Source: a bacterium
GTDB lineage: Bacteria > Bacteroidota > Bacteroidia > Chitinophagales > JADIYW01
Direction: 5' to 3'
Length of the DNA: 64,000 nt
NCBI GenBank assembly: GCA_037189845.1
Contig: JBBCIS010000007.1
Location: forward strand, 34,425 to 98,424
In this document: positions 38,949 through 48,172 of the stretch, one piece after another
Position numbering within the stretch: position 1 is the first letter of the stretch
How the letters are laid out: every line of letters starts with the position of its first letter
The notes under the pieces: model-generated
Database searches by the model: none
The model's input: the letters and a program-made list of their open reading frames with translations, nothing else
What the model was told of the DNA's origin: nothing
Program-made: the position numbers and the translations under genes

Positions 38949-41402
38949 TTACTGAATCACAATTATTTTTTTGGTATAAACATCATTTTCACTGGAAATC
39001 TGCATCAGATATGTCCCGGCAGGTAAAGCTAAATGAATCTGATGACTGAGTCTTTGCAGTGTACCTGTCTGTAAAACGGCACCAGAAAGATTGATAATGG
39101 CAAAATTCGCAGGTAGCTGAATCTCCGGTACCAACTCTACCTGAATAGAGTTTTGTGCAGGGTTTGGGTACACTTTGATGAATTTATCAGAAGTTTCCTG
39201 ATTGTGTACTCCGACAGTCGTCACCTCTTTGCAATCAGACGTGTCGCTGCAACCATCTGCTGTGACTCTCACTGCATAGCTGCCATTAGCGGATGGTGTG
39301 TAGATTCTGTCTGTAGCTCCGCTGATGACTTGCAGGTTAGCCCCATTACAAGAATACCATTGATATCGTGCTGATGCGGGAGACGCTGTGAGTGTATTAC
39401 CGTTGATTGTAATGGTGGCGTTGACAATCACGGGAGTGACTGCACGTGTAGTAGCATTGCTGGTACCGCAAGTGCCTACTGCTCTTACAAATACATTCCC
39501 TGCGGTAGTTCCTGTGACCACTTTGATAGAGTTGGTAGTACTCGTACCTGTCCATCCTGATGGGAGTGTCCACTGATAGCTGGTCGCTCCAGTCACGGCA
39601 GCAACACTGTAGGTTGCCTCTTCTCCCGGACATGGCTGTGCATTGCCCGTGATGGCTCCCGGCTGCGACATGGTGGTCGTGACTGTGATGTTCAGAGTCC
39701 GTGCCGTGCTGGTGCCACAACTGCCGTTGGCGATTACGCTCAGTGTTCCGTTGCTTGTCGGTGACAGTGTCACGCTGGTACCGGTGCCAACAGGATTCCC
39801 TCCACCGGAGTATGTCCATGTATAGTTTGTAGCTCCTGATACAGCAGCGATGCTGTAAGTAGCAGATACTCCACTACAGACAGTAGTACTTCCCGTGATA
39901 GTTCCCGGTTGTGGTGTAGTGGCAGTAACAGTGATGCTCAGTAGTCTTGGATTACTTGCTCCGCAAGAATTATTGGCAACTACGCTCAGTGTTCCATTGC
40001 TTGTCGGTGACAATGTCACGCTGGTACCGGTGCCTACAGGATTCCCGCCGCCGGAGTACGTCCATGTGTAGCTGGTTGCCCCGGATACAGCAGCGATGCT
40101 GTAAGTGGTAGATACGCCATTACATACCGTAGCGTTGCCTGTGATAGCAGCTGGTTGAGCAGGTTTGTCATTGACGGTGATGCTTAGAGTTCGTGCTGTA
40201 CTTGCACCGCAGGAGTTGTTGGCGACTACGCTGAGTGTACCACTGTTTGTAGGAGTGAGTGTGATACTCCTGCCAGTACCTACAGGATTCCCACCGCCTG
40301 AGTAAGTCCATGTGTAGTCAGTTGCACCTGTGACCGCCGCAACGGAATAAGTCGTTTGTACACTACTACATACAGTAGCGTTGCCTGTGATAGCTCCCGG
40401 CTGTGCAGTCTTGTCGTTGACGGTGATACTAAGAGTCCGTGCTGTACTTGCTCCGCAGGAATTGTTGGCGACTACGCTGAGCGTACCACTGCTTGTAGGT
40501 GTGAGTGTGATACTCCTGCCTGTACCTACGGGATTACCACCACCGGAGTAGGTCCATGTGTAACTGGTTGCTCCTGTAACAGCTACAACGGAATAAGTCG
40601 TCTGTACGCCATTACATACGGTTGCATTGCCCGTGATAGTACCGGGCTGAGCAGGTTTGTCGCATTGAACCAGCAGAGTATCGTGTGTATGCGACCATTT
40701 GTTGCGATTATCTCTTACGCGTCCCATGAGCTCAGACGGAGCATTGGCAGTGAGCTTGTTTTCGGGAATATAGACTGTCCACTCTCCGTCAGTTGACACA
40801 GGTGTGAGATTGATAAAATCTGCCTTCCCGTAGCCCGGGTCTGATTTGGAAGTAAAGAAATACTCGAATCGGACGATATTCAGTGTACCTGTATTGTCGG
40901 GTACATCTATTGCCTGATAATCGGTCTGGCTCCAGTTACCGAGTGCATCTCTTGTTCGGAAGTACAGATGATGGAATCCTGGAGGCAGATTTGCTGGTAT
41001 CTGTGCTGAGAAATTCTGGCTGATATTGCTGTCCGGTGGAGTAATATTGAAAGAAGTTCCCTTGCCGAAGCCAGGGTCAATATCAATAAAAAACTCTCCG
41101 GCTACTGCATTGAGCTTGGTAGTGGCTTTTACTACATGCAGACCAACATAATCTGTATGACTGCGGGCATTCTGATTGTCCCTGACACGGAAGTACAGCT
41201 TGTGAAATCCAGGAGTCAGCCCCGCAGGAACAGGAACGTTGAAATTCCATGAGCCGTCTGCATTAGCAGTAACATTTTGCAGCGAGCCTTTACCATAACC
41301 GGGGTCGGTATTGATGAAATACTCCACCTGTACCACCTGCTGCGCCATTGCCTGACCACCCAGCCACCAGAGTGACAGAATGGTAAAAATGAGCTTTTTC
41401 AT
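38949..41402 (-). CDS. T9SS type-A CTD surface protein: 3 EYF-DPG domains + 5 PKD/Ig-like repeats
   Basis: Signal peptide, EYFINTDPGYG / EFFIDIDPGFG / EYFFTSKSDPGYG, 82-aa repeats, IKVYPNPA...LPAGTYLM...KKIIVIQ CTD. Confidence 0.9.
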   Translation of the reverse strand: MKKLIFTILSLWWLGGQAMAQQVVQVEYFINTDPGYGKGSLQNVTANADGSWNFNVPVPAGLTPGFHKLYFRVRDNQNARSHTDYVGLHVVKATTKLNAVAGEFFIDIDPGFGKGTSFNITPPDSNISQNFSAQIPANLPPGFHHLYFRTRDALGNWSQTDYQAIDVPDNTGTLNIVRFEYFFTSKSDPGYGKADFINLTPVSTDGEWTVYIPENKLTANAPSELMGRVRDNRNKWSHTHDTLLVQCDKPAQPGTITGNATVCNGVQTTYSVVAVTGATSYTWTYSGGGNPVGTGRSITLTPTSSGTLSVVANNSCGASTARTLSITVNDKTAQPGAITGNATVCSSVQTTYSVAAVTGATDYTWTYSGGGNPVGTGRSITLTPTNSGTLSVVANNSCGASTARTLSITVNDKPAQPAAITGNATVCNGVSTTYSIAAVSGATSYTWTYSGGGNPVGTGTSVTLSPTSNGTLSVVANNSCGASNPRLLSITVTATTPQPGTITGSTTVCSGVSATYSIAAVSGATNYTWTYSGGGNPVGTGTSVTLSPTSNGTLSVIANGSCGTSTARTLNITVTTTMSQPGAITGNAQPCPGEEATYSVAAVTGATSYQWTLPSGWTGTSTTNSIKVVTGTTAGNVFVRAVGTCGTSNATTRAVTPVIVNATITINGNTLTASPASARYQWYSCNGANLQVISGATDRIYTPSANGSYAVRVTADGCSDTSDCKEVTTVGVHNQETSDKFIKVYPNPAQNSIQVELVPEIQLPANFAIINLSGAVLQTGTLQRLSHQIHLALPAGTYLMQISSENDVYTKKIIVIQ
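39420..40656 (-). repeat. Intragenic 246-bp (82-aa) tandem repeats: four close copies and a fifth divergent one
   Basis: QPGxITGNATVC...YTWTYSGGGNPVGTG...SCG recurs every 82 residues. Confidence 0.88.
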
Positions 41403-41410
41403 GGCGATAT

Positions 41411-42505
41411 TTATTTGATGGTTCTGGCTTTGATATTGACTGGTAGTCCGCTGCCCGGTACTACAACTCCGGTAGTGCTGAACTCATACACAGTAGGGAT
41501 AGTAGCGAGTCCGGAAAGGGTATATCTCTGGGATTCCGCTCCGCCGAATACGCCACGCTCTCCGTTGGTACCCGGATTGGCAGTAGCCCATGCTGCCTGT
41601 AGCTGATATTTGCCGTCCGTAGAAGTGGCAGTAGTCTGAAAAACGTTATTCATATTGGCGACCACTGCATTGGGTGTGCCTGCAAACTGGTTGACATTAG
41701 TGCCCGTGGCGTAGGATACGTTATTGTTGGTATTGCTGTTGATATTGACCGTGGCGCCAGATGCTTTCAGAATGTTGTTTTTGAACTCGGAAGTAGCTAT
41801 ATCAATAGCGAGTCCATTGGCGGGACCATCAAAAACATTGTTATTGCATTGTTTAATATTGTACTGAGTATTAGAAACCCTTGTATTCAATGGTCTTTGG
41901 ACAATATTGTTATTGAATACGATATTGCTTGGAACACCATTGGTTGATAGGCTCAAAGCATTGCTTGTTGACGTAGTAAATAAATTCTGAAGGATATAGA
42001 CACTGACAATTCTATAATCTAAAGCTATACGATAATGTAATTTACACCGTTTTATGACTACATCATCGACATTAACATCAACGCTATTACTACCAGTGAC
42101 AGTCATTCCTATAAGCTGAGACCCTGCAGACCCTGTATTAAAATAAACATAAGAAACCTCTGATGCATATAGATTAGTCGAAGTTTTCACATTCTCTGTA
42201 AGGAAATATCCATTACCAATAATGACAAGTTTTTTTGTAATGGTGGCTCCACTATAGGTGGATGGTGAGCCTTCTACATATAATGTGTCGCCGGATTTTA
42301 CTGTAGAATTTGTAGCAGCAGCTGCATCGTTGATTTGTTTGTACACTGGATAGTTGATAGTCCCTCCGAGATTTTCTCCGAATAGAGAAGTTCCGTTGTA
42401 ATTGGAGTTGTTGTTGACTCTCCAGATGGTAGCGTCAGCATTTTGTACTGTGATGAACAAGGCTGCTACATATACAGCGAGCTTCAGTAGTTGATTTGCT
42501 TTCAT
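41411..42505 (-). CDS. Secreted right-handed beta-helix-like protein
   Basis: Signal peptide from MKANQ, GDTLYVEGS...ITKKLVIIGNGY, Asn ladders (FNNNIV, NNNVF, FKNNIL), GVFGG. Confidence 0.8.
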   Translation of the reverse strand: MKANQLLKLAVYVAALFITVQNADATIWRVNNNSNYNGTSLFGENLGGTINYPVYKQINDAAAATNSTVKSGDTLYVEGSPSTYSGATITKKLVIIGNGYFLTENVKTSTNLYASEVSYVYFNTGSAGSQLIGMTVTGSNSVDVNVDDVVIKRCKLHYRIALDYRIVSVYILQNLFTTSTSNALSLSTNGVPSNIVFNNNIVQRPLNTRVSNTQYNIKQCNNNVFDGPANGLAIDIATSEFKNNILKASGATVNINSNTNNNVSYATGTNVNQFAGTPNAVVANMNNVFQTTATSTDGKYQLQAAWATANPGTNGERGVFGGAESQRYTLSGLATIPTVYEFSTTGVVVPGSGLPVNIKARTIK

Positions 42506-42766
42506 AATTATTGGTTTTTGTAATGAAAAATAGTATTGAGTATTGGGAGTTGCTGTCGCCTGCAGGCTGAGGTCACCCGAAGTCTGATGAAAGTCTGAAC
42601 TGTGATTGTTATGATTTTCGTGTTGTCTGTGATTTTGGTATGGATTAGTCCACTGTGATACTATTCGTCCGATAATCACCGGATTGAAACCCGGCGTTTC
42701 TGCAATACATAGATTTAAAAGTTTAAATGTTTAGAGTTTGAGTGCTTATTTTCGTTACCAAAGCAA

Positions 42767-43294
42767 TTATTCTCTCAGTGCAGTAAATTCGCCGTCAGTC
42801 AGGGTGAGTACTTCTGTTCCGCCAACTCGTTTTATCTGTCCATTGAAAGTGCCTTTTATGTAATCTTTTTTAATTTCTGTAAGAATAATCTGTACAGGAT
42901 ACGAAAGCCCCTCCCCCATGCCACTCATATACACATTGTCGATATAATCTATACCACCCCCGATATGACCTGATACCCAACCGGTATGGGGGATGATTTT
43001 ATCATGGGTCATGGTGTCGTTGGGAGCAAAAGGGGTAATGGAGTAGCTGAGTAATGTTATCTGGCCACTGCTATCCCCGACAAATCCCGATATCGAAAGC
43101 ATATACACATTGGGTTGGGTTAGATACATTGTGTCGAATATAAAAACCTGACACTGAGGATATACCTTTAGCTCATCGTTTATTTTGACTTTCATATAGC
43201 CTTTTAGCTCCGCCACATTATTCTTTTTGCAAGACTGTAAGTAACTCGCTGTCGAAATCATCGCTATGATGATGAAAATATTGAAGTACTTCAT
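42767..43294 (-). CDS. Hypothetical lipoprotein
   Basis: Lipobox LQSC-KK, C-terminal KGTFNG...LTDGEF. Confidence 0.8.
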   Translation of the reverse strand: MKYFNIFIIIAMISTASYLQSCKKNNVAELKGYMKVKINDELKVYPQCQVFIFDTMYLTQPNVYMLSISGFVGDSSGQITLLSYSITPFAPNDTMTHDKIIPHTGWVSGHIGGGIDYIDNVYMSGMGEGLSYPVQIILTEIKKDYIKGTFNGQIKRVGGTEVLTLTDGEFTALRE

Positions 43295-43296
43295 TG

Positions 43297-43830
43297 TTAA
43301 AGACCTTTTTTCAATCTTTCCAAATAAAATTCTCCATCGGTGATAGTATGTCTAACTATATCATCATTGTCTAATAAATTTCCAGAGAAAACACCTCTGA
43401 CATATTTATCTGTTATTTCATTAAATTTAATTTTTGCGGAGTTTTTGCCGGAAAAGACAGATGTGGAGTAAGGTTCGCCTGTAGGACCTCCATAAAAATA
43501 CGTTATCAAACAGATTTGATTTTCGGTAATATTGATTTGATATTCTTTTCCCACTACTATAGGTTCAGGTACTGTAATAACAAAAGAAATCCATTCGTCT
43601 AATGCTAAGATCTTAGGAGAGGCCTCCATAGTTACACCATAGTTTCCGGATGCTTCGTCAAAAACAGCAATTGCCATATCTCTGAATTCTTTTTGAGTAC
43701 CATCTAACTTGAACTTGGCATAATATTCTTTTTTGAGAGGATTGTCGATTTTTTTATCCTTTTTGCAGGAACTTATGCTGACTGCCATAATACACAACAG
43801 CAGTATGAGGTTGATTTTTGAATTTTTCAT
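43297..43830 (-). CDS. Hypothetical lipoprotein, paralog of 42767-43294
   Basis: Lipobox ISSC-KKD, C-terminal RGVFSG...ITDGEF. Confidence 0.8.
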   Translation of the reverse strand: MKNSKINLILLLCIMAVSISSCKKDKKIDNPLKKEYYAKFKLDGTQKEFRDMAIAVFDEASGNYGVTMEASPKILALDEWISFVITVPEPIVVGKEYQINITENQICLITYFYGGPTGEPYSTSVFSGKNSAKIKFNEITDKYVRGVFSGNLLDNDDIVRHTITDGEFYLERLKKGL

Positions 43831-43964
43831 TATTTTTTGTTTTAAAGTAGGCTTGCGACAGATTGAATTTGGTGTTTCTAGTCAGGGCTTCGACTGCGTG
43901 GTAATTGAGGGGAGCGGAACGGCTCAGCCTCCGGATATTGACTGCGTTCGGATACCACTGTTTT

Positions 43965-44018
43965 CGTAATTTTGATGGTAGATACAAGCCATGGCTTGTA
44001 TCTACCATCAAAATTACG
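43965..44018. repeat. Perfect 54-bp palindrome with a GTAG-REP-like core
   Basis: CGTAATTTTGATGGTAGATACAAGCCA|TGGCTTGTATCTACCATCAAAATTACG. Confidence 0.95.
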
Positions 44019-44361
44019 CCTGACATAATTCGTCATTCAGACATTCTCTCATTCCCCCTACGGTAGCTGTTTCATCAAGCAGGGGTACATCATATTCTGT
44101 GAGTTTTTCAGAAACTGCCGTTAATCTGTCGATTTGTTCGGCATTCAGGTCTTTTGCCTGTTGTTTCATCTCTTCCGAGCCTGCTTTTGCCAGTTCAAGT
44201 TGCATTTTGGTACAGTCTTCAGATGAGAGGTCTCCTTTTTTCTCATATTTTTCGACGATAGATTCCATTTCTCCTATTGTTTTGTCGATGCTGTTTCCAC
44301 AGCCTGAGAATGTTACTGTAATCACAGCTATGATTATGAATAGATAGTGTTTGATTTTCAT
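44014..44361 (-). CDS. Small helical lipoprotein
   Basis: Lipobox FSGC, acidic helical body. Confidence 0.7.
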   Translation of the reverse strand: MKIKHYLFIIIAVITVTFSGCGNSIDKTIGEMESIVEKYEKKGDLSSEDCTKMQLELAKAGSEEMKQQAKDLNAEQIDRLTAVSEKLTEYDVPLLDETATVGGMRECLNDELCQA

Positions 44362-44556
44362 AATTATTGGTCTTTGTAATGAATGAATTTGTTTTTGTTT
44401 AGACGACAGACGACCATATGTGCTAAAAGTTGCTTACGCCAGATGAAAGTCTGAACTATGATTTTTTGAGTATTAGGTATTGGGATTGCTGAAGCCCGTA
44501 GAGGTTTTTATTCTCACGCAGAGTCGGAAAGGGCTGAATTCAACCATCAAATTAGT

Positions 44557-45036
44557 TTACAATCCTTTGAACCATCCCTGAAACATTTCGCCTACAAGTG
44601 GTATTGGTTTGGGTTTTTCATTGATGGCGTTCATCAGGCTGATAACCCACATCACAAATGTGAATGGCAAGACTATAAAGAACCCTAATAAAGGAATGAT
44701 TACCAAAAAAGATAAAATTGCAATTCCCAGATTCTGGCGGATATAAAATGAGCCTAAATCTGATTTGTTCTGATTGTTCAGAATGAATGCAATCAACAAT
44801 CCGGGAAGTGAAAGGTGCGAAAGAATCGCTATGAGTTTGGTATTTTCATTGAGAGTTCCTAACGTAGAACCGGATTGGGTGAGCGATACGCCGCAGCTTA
44901 TGCACATGACCTGATTGGGATTAGTTTCTACGCCACAACCTGAGCAGTAGTTCTTTTCTGTGCGAGGATTAAATCCGCATTTCGGACAGCCAACAGCTTT
45001 TTCATTGACTTCGTTTCCGCAATTTCTGCAATACAT
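44557..45036 (-). CDS. Double zinc-ribbon + DUF4870-like membrane protein
   Basis: Four CxxC motifs (CRNC, CPKC, CSGC, CISC), then FYIRQNLG...PIPLVG TM region. Confidence 0.8.
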   Translation of the reverse strand: MYCRNCGNEVNEKAVGCPKCGFNPRTEKNYCSGCGVETNPNQVMCISCGVSLTQSGSTLGTLNENTKLIAILSHLSLPGLLIAFILNNQNKSDLGSFYIRQNLGIAILSFLVIIPLLGFFIVLPFTFVMWVISLMNAINEKPKPIPLVGEMFQGWFKGL

Positions 45037-45118
45037 GGTTTTGTTGTTTAAGGTTTATGAGTTTTTGAGTTCATAGCACACGGTCTATACTTCGATGGAC
45101 TCAGTGACAGATAATTTT

Positions 45119-45703
45119 CTAAAAATTCACACACAGTCCCAAGCGTGCAAAAGATATGTCATATCCTAACTCAGCAAATGCTCCGAAGTGTTCTGCGAAG
45201 TTGTATTTGGCACCGATGAAAGCACCATATACGCCGTACATAGAGCCGTAGTTGTAAGGATTGCCTCCGTAACGGTCATAGTAAGTGTCTTTGTATCTGT
45301 ACATCCTTACACCCAATGTGACACCTGCGTATGGGTCAAATTTGTTGTTTTTGTCTTTCAGAACTGTGAGGTGATAAGTAGCTCTGGCTGCAAATATGTA
45401 ACTCGTCCATGTAGCCCTGTAATCTCCGTTGCCGTATTTGTAATGTGAAGATTTCCAGCCCACGATACCACCGATGCCTATCGTGCCGGGCCCCACATCG
45501 CCTTTGATGCCGTGGTCATAGCTGATGACAAATGCCGGTAGGTTGACGGTCTTGCCGTAGTAGCCGTAGCCTAATCCGAAACCTGCTGATAAACCTAATG
45601 TTTTAGAACCTTTGTCAAATGCAGGTTCGTTGGCCATAAGGTTCTGGAAGATGCTTGTAGTCATTACAATCATCAGGATGCTGAAGATTTTTTTAGTGTT
45701 CAT
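45119..45703 (-). CDS. Small outer-membrane beta-barrel protein
   Basis: Signal peptide, GPGTIGIGG, FDPYAG, GAFAELGY, terminal Phe. Confidence 0.82.
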   Translation of the reverse strand: MNTKKIFSILMIVMTTSIFQNLMANEPAFDKGSKTLGLSAGFGLGYGYYGKTVNLPAFVISYDHGIKGDVGPGTIGIGGIVGWKSSHYKYGNGDYRATWTSYIFAARATYHLTVLKDKNNKFDPYAGVTLGVRMYRYKDTYYDRYGGNPYNYGSMYGVYGAFIGAKYNFAEHFGAFAELGYDISFARLGLCVNF

Positions 45704-46004
45704 AATTGTAGTGTTAATTAAGGTTTAAAAGATTTTTTTAATGTTCAGGGTTATTTTTCGATATTGTTTCTCAGTGAGAAGTCAAACAGTTTGAGGGAAG
45801 ATCTTTGTTCACTGCCTTAGCGTCATTGCGAGCCTTTTATGGTTTCGAGAGCATTCGAACTACAGCCCAAGCCTTAACCACCATCGCACATTGGTCATTC
45901 TCTCATTTTTTACGAAATTCAGAGATACTTATAGAATTTTATCATCTTATGGGTGATAGTATATCCGCCTTTTCGGATAATTTATCACTATATTTGCCTT
46001 ACTC

Positions 46005-46379
46005 ATGAGCAATGCTATAGGATACAAGGTCAGGAAAGTGCGCGAGCTGAAAGGCATCACGCAGGAGTATGTGGCGGAATCTCTCGGTGTCAAACAAAAT
46101 ACTTACAGCAGGATGGAAACGGGGAGTCTCAAAATTCAGGACGCACAGCTGGACAAAATCGCCGAAGTATTGGGCGTCGAAAGAGAAGAGATAGAATCTT
46201 TTGACGAAAAGCTCGTTTTTTATAACTGTACCCAACATAATAATACAATAGGTATCAACCAAACATTCAATAATGCCTCATCCGATGACATCAAACGCCT
46301 GTATGAGGAACTACTCAGTGCCAAGGACCGTATTATAGCGCAGTTGGAGCGGAGGCTCAGGGATTTGGGAGAATTGTAA
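46005..46379 (+). CDS. XRE-family HTH regulator, divergent from the gene array
   Basis: RELKGITQEYVAESLGVKQNTYSRMETG, C-terminal LYEELLSAKDRII. TATATTTG -7 element at 45989-45996. Confidence 0.9.
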   Translation: MSNAIGYKVRKVRELKGITQEYVAESLGVKQNTYSRMETGSLKIQDAQLDKIAEVLGVEREEIESFDEKLVFYNCTQHNNTIGINQTFNNASSDDIKRLYEELLSAKDRIIAQLERRLRDLGEL

Positions 46380-46448
46380 ATGAGGACAATGCGTGAACGA
46401 AAGAATGCTGATGTCCGGTGACTGTAAGAAAACTTTGCTCCAAAAACG

Positions 46449-47687
46449 CTATATCTTTCCCGGTGTAAGACTTGTCAGTTGTTTTACTGCTCTGTGTGCA
46501 GGCAACCAGGCCATCAATGCGCTGATAGCGATAATAATGATGGTAATCAATGCGAAGTCGCCCCACTTCAACTGAATCGGATAAGCATCAATCATAAAGG
46601 ATGCTCCGGGTATTTTGACCAGCCCGAATTTTATCTGAATCAGACAAACTACTGTTCCAACTACCAATCCGGTGAATGCTCCCAGCAGGGAAATCAGTAG
46701 TCCTTCGAAAAGGAATATATTCCTGATCTGTGATTTATCTGCACCTAAAGCACGTAATGTGGCGATATCCTGTTTTTTCTCGATAACCAGCATGGACAAT
46801 GAACCGATAATATTGAATGCAGCAATTAATACAATGAAGCTCAGAATGGCAAAAACTGCCCATTTTTCTGTCTTCATGACTTTGTACAGTGTTTCATTTT
46901 GCTCATAACGGGTTTTGACGATAAAACTTTCTCCTATCTTTTGCTGTAGCTTATCCTTGATTCTGACGGCATCTTTTTCAGAATCAGCTTTTATCTCAAT
47001 AGCTGAAATTTTTTCCGGCATATTCATCAGATTTTTCGCAAAATCAATAGGAACAATGATATACTTATTGTCAAAATCCTGTTGTACTGCAAATACACCT
47101 CCCGCATAAATCTGTTCCGAACGGAATGCATTTGCCACATCATTCAATGCAGTCTTATCGCTTCTGGGCATATATAAGGTCACAAATGTATTAGGCATCA
47201 TAACATTGATTCCCAGAGTATATGCTACTCCTGCACCTAAAACGGATGACGAAATGCCATTGTAATATAACTCTGTACCTCCACTGTACATAAAGCTATC
47301 CAGCTCATCTACCACAGAATAGTAATGATCATCTACTCCTTTCATAGTGATGATGGATTGCTTCCCCTGGAACTCAGCCAGTACATTTTCCTCTATCACC
47401 TGGCTATAACTGATAACGCCTTCTGTACTTTTCAGCAATTGTTGCATTTCATCCGTCGGCTCAAAGAATTTACCTTCTGCCGGAAGAATGATCAAATCAG
47501 TATAAAATACTTTGTACAGAGATTTGACCAAATCTTCAAATCCATTAAAAGTGGACATCACTATGATCAATGCACCGGCTCCTACAGCCATAGCAAATGC
47601 TGTAATCATGGATATAACATTGATGACCCGTGTGGATTTTCGGGAAAAAAGATATCTCGCGGCTATAGACAGAGCAGGGTATCTCAT
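46449..47687 (-). CDS. LolC/E (FtsX-like) ABC permease
   Basis: ARYLFSRKS, MSTFNGF, IAAFNIIGSLSMLVIEK, LRALGA. Confidence 0.88.
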   Translation of the reverse strand: MRYPALSIAARYLFSRKSTRVINVISMITAFAMAVGAGALIIVMSTFNGFEDLVKSLYKVFYTDLIILPAEGKFFEPTDEMQQLLKSTEGVISYSQVIEENVLAEFQGKQSIITMKGVDDHYYSVVDELDSFMYSGGTELYYNGISSSVLGAGVAYTLGINVMMPNTFVTLYMPRSDKTALNDVANAFRSEQIYAGGVFAVQQDFDNKYIIVPIDFAKNLMNMPEKISAIEIKADSEKDAVRIKDKLQQKIGESFIVKTRYEQNETLYKVMKTEKWAVFAILSFIVLIAAFNIIGSLSMLVIEKKQDIATLRALGADKSQIRNIFLFEGLLISLLGAFTGLVVGTVVCLIQIKFGLVKIPGASFMIDAYPIQLKWGDFALITIIIIAISALMAWLPAHRAVKQLTSLTPGKI

Positions 47688-47696
47688 CCCTATCGG

Positions 47697-48116
47697 CTAT
47701 AAATCTTCTTTATACGGATTCGTATCCTCAAAGTCGCTGTTTTTTCTCAGCTCCTCAATTTCGCTATCTTTCTCTTTGATTTCTTTGAAAAGATTATCCA
47801 GTTTGATGACCTCATCCATGGTATCATCTCTGAAAAAAGCCAGTTCTGGTATCACTCTTACTTTATTGCGAATTTTTTTACCGAGCAGTCCTCTGATTTC
47901 TTTATTGTTGTAATCAATTAGCTTGAGTAGTTCATTCGGATTCGGGGTATTATATATGCTCAGGTAAATTCTCGCAGTATACAAATCCGGTGTGATTCTG
48001 ACAGAAGCAATTGTAACAAGCGCACTCCCTAAAATTTCTCTGGCTTCTCTTTGAAAAATTTCACTTAATGCGATTTGTATTACTTTATTGACTTGTTGCT
48101 GTCTGATAGATTCCAT
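47697..48116 (-). CDS. rbfA: Ribosome-binding factor A
   Basis: MESIRQQQV, VRITPDL..ARIYLS, RVIPELAFFRDD. Confidence 0.93.
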   Translation of the reverse strand: MESIRQQQVNKVIQIALSEIFQREAREILGSALVTIASVRITPDLYTARIYLSIYNTPNPNELLKLIDYNNKEIRGLLGKKIRNKVRVIPELAFFRDDTMDEVIKLDNLFKEIKEKDSEIEELRKNSDFEDTNPYKEDL

Positions 48117-48172
48117 ACCTGTTTCTTTTCCAATGTAAAACTAAGAAAACTATAGATATATTTGTTGGAAGC

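Noticed and set aside
42506-42679. 58-codon N-terminal extension of the beta-helix ORF in the ORF track
   Set aside because: It runs through repeat-derived spacer. The signal peptide begins at the ATG at 42505, which shares its leader with the gene at 44361.
43754-44026. 90-aa ORF spanning the palindrome spacer
   Set aside because: It overlaps both neighbouring genes and is built from repeat sequence, with no protein-like features.
38949-46379. Prophage, ICE or true integron interpretation of the accessory array
   Set aside because: No integrase, relaxase, phage genes, tRNA target or recognisable attC structure was seen.
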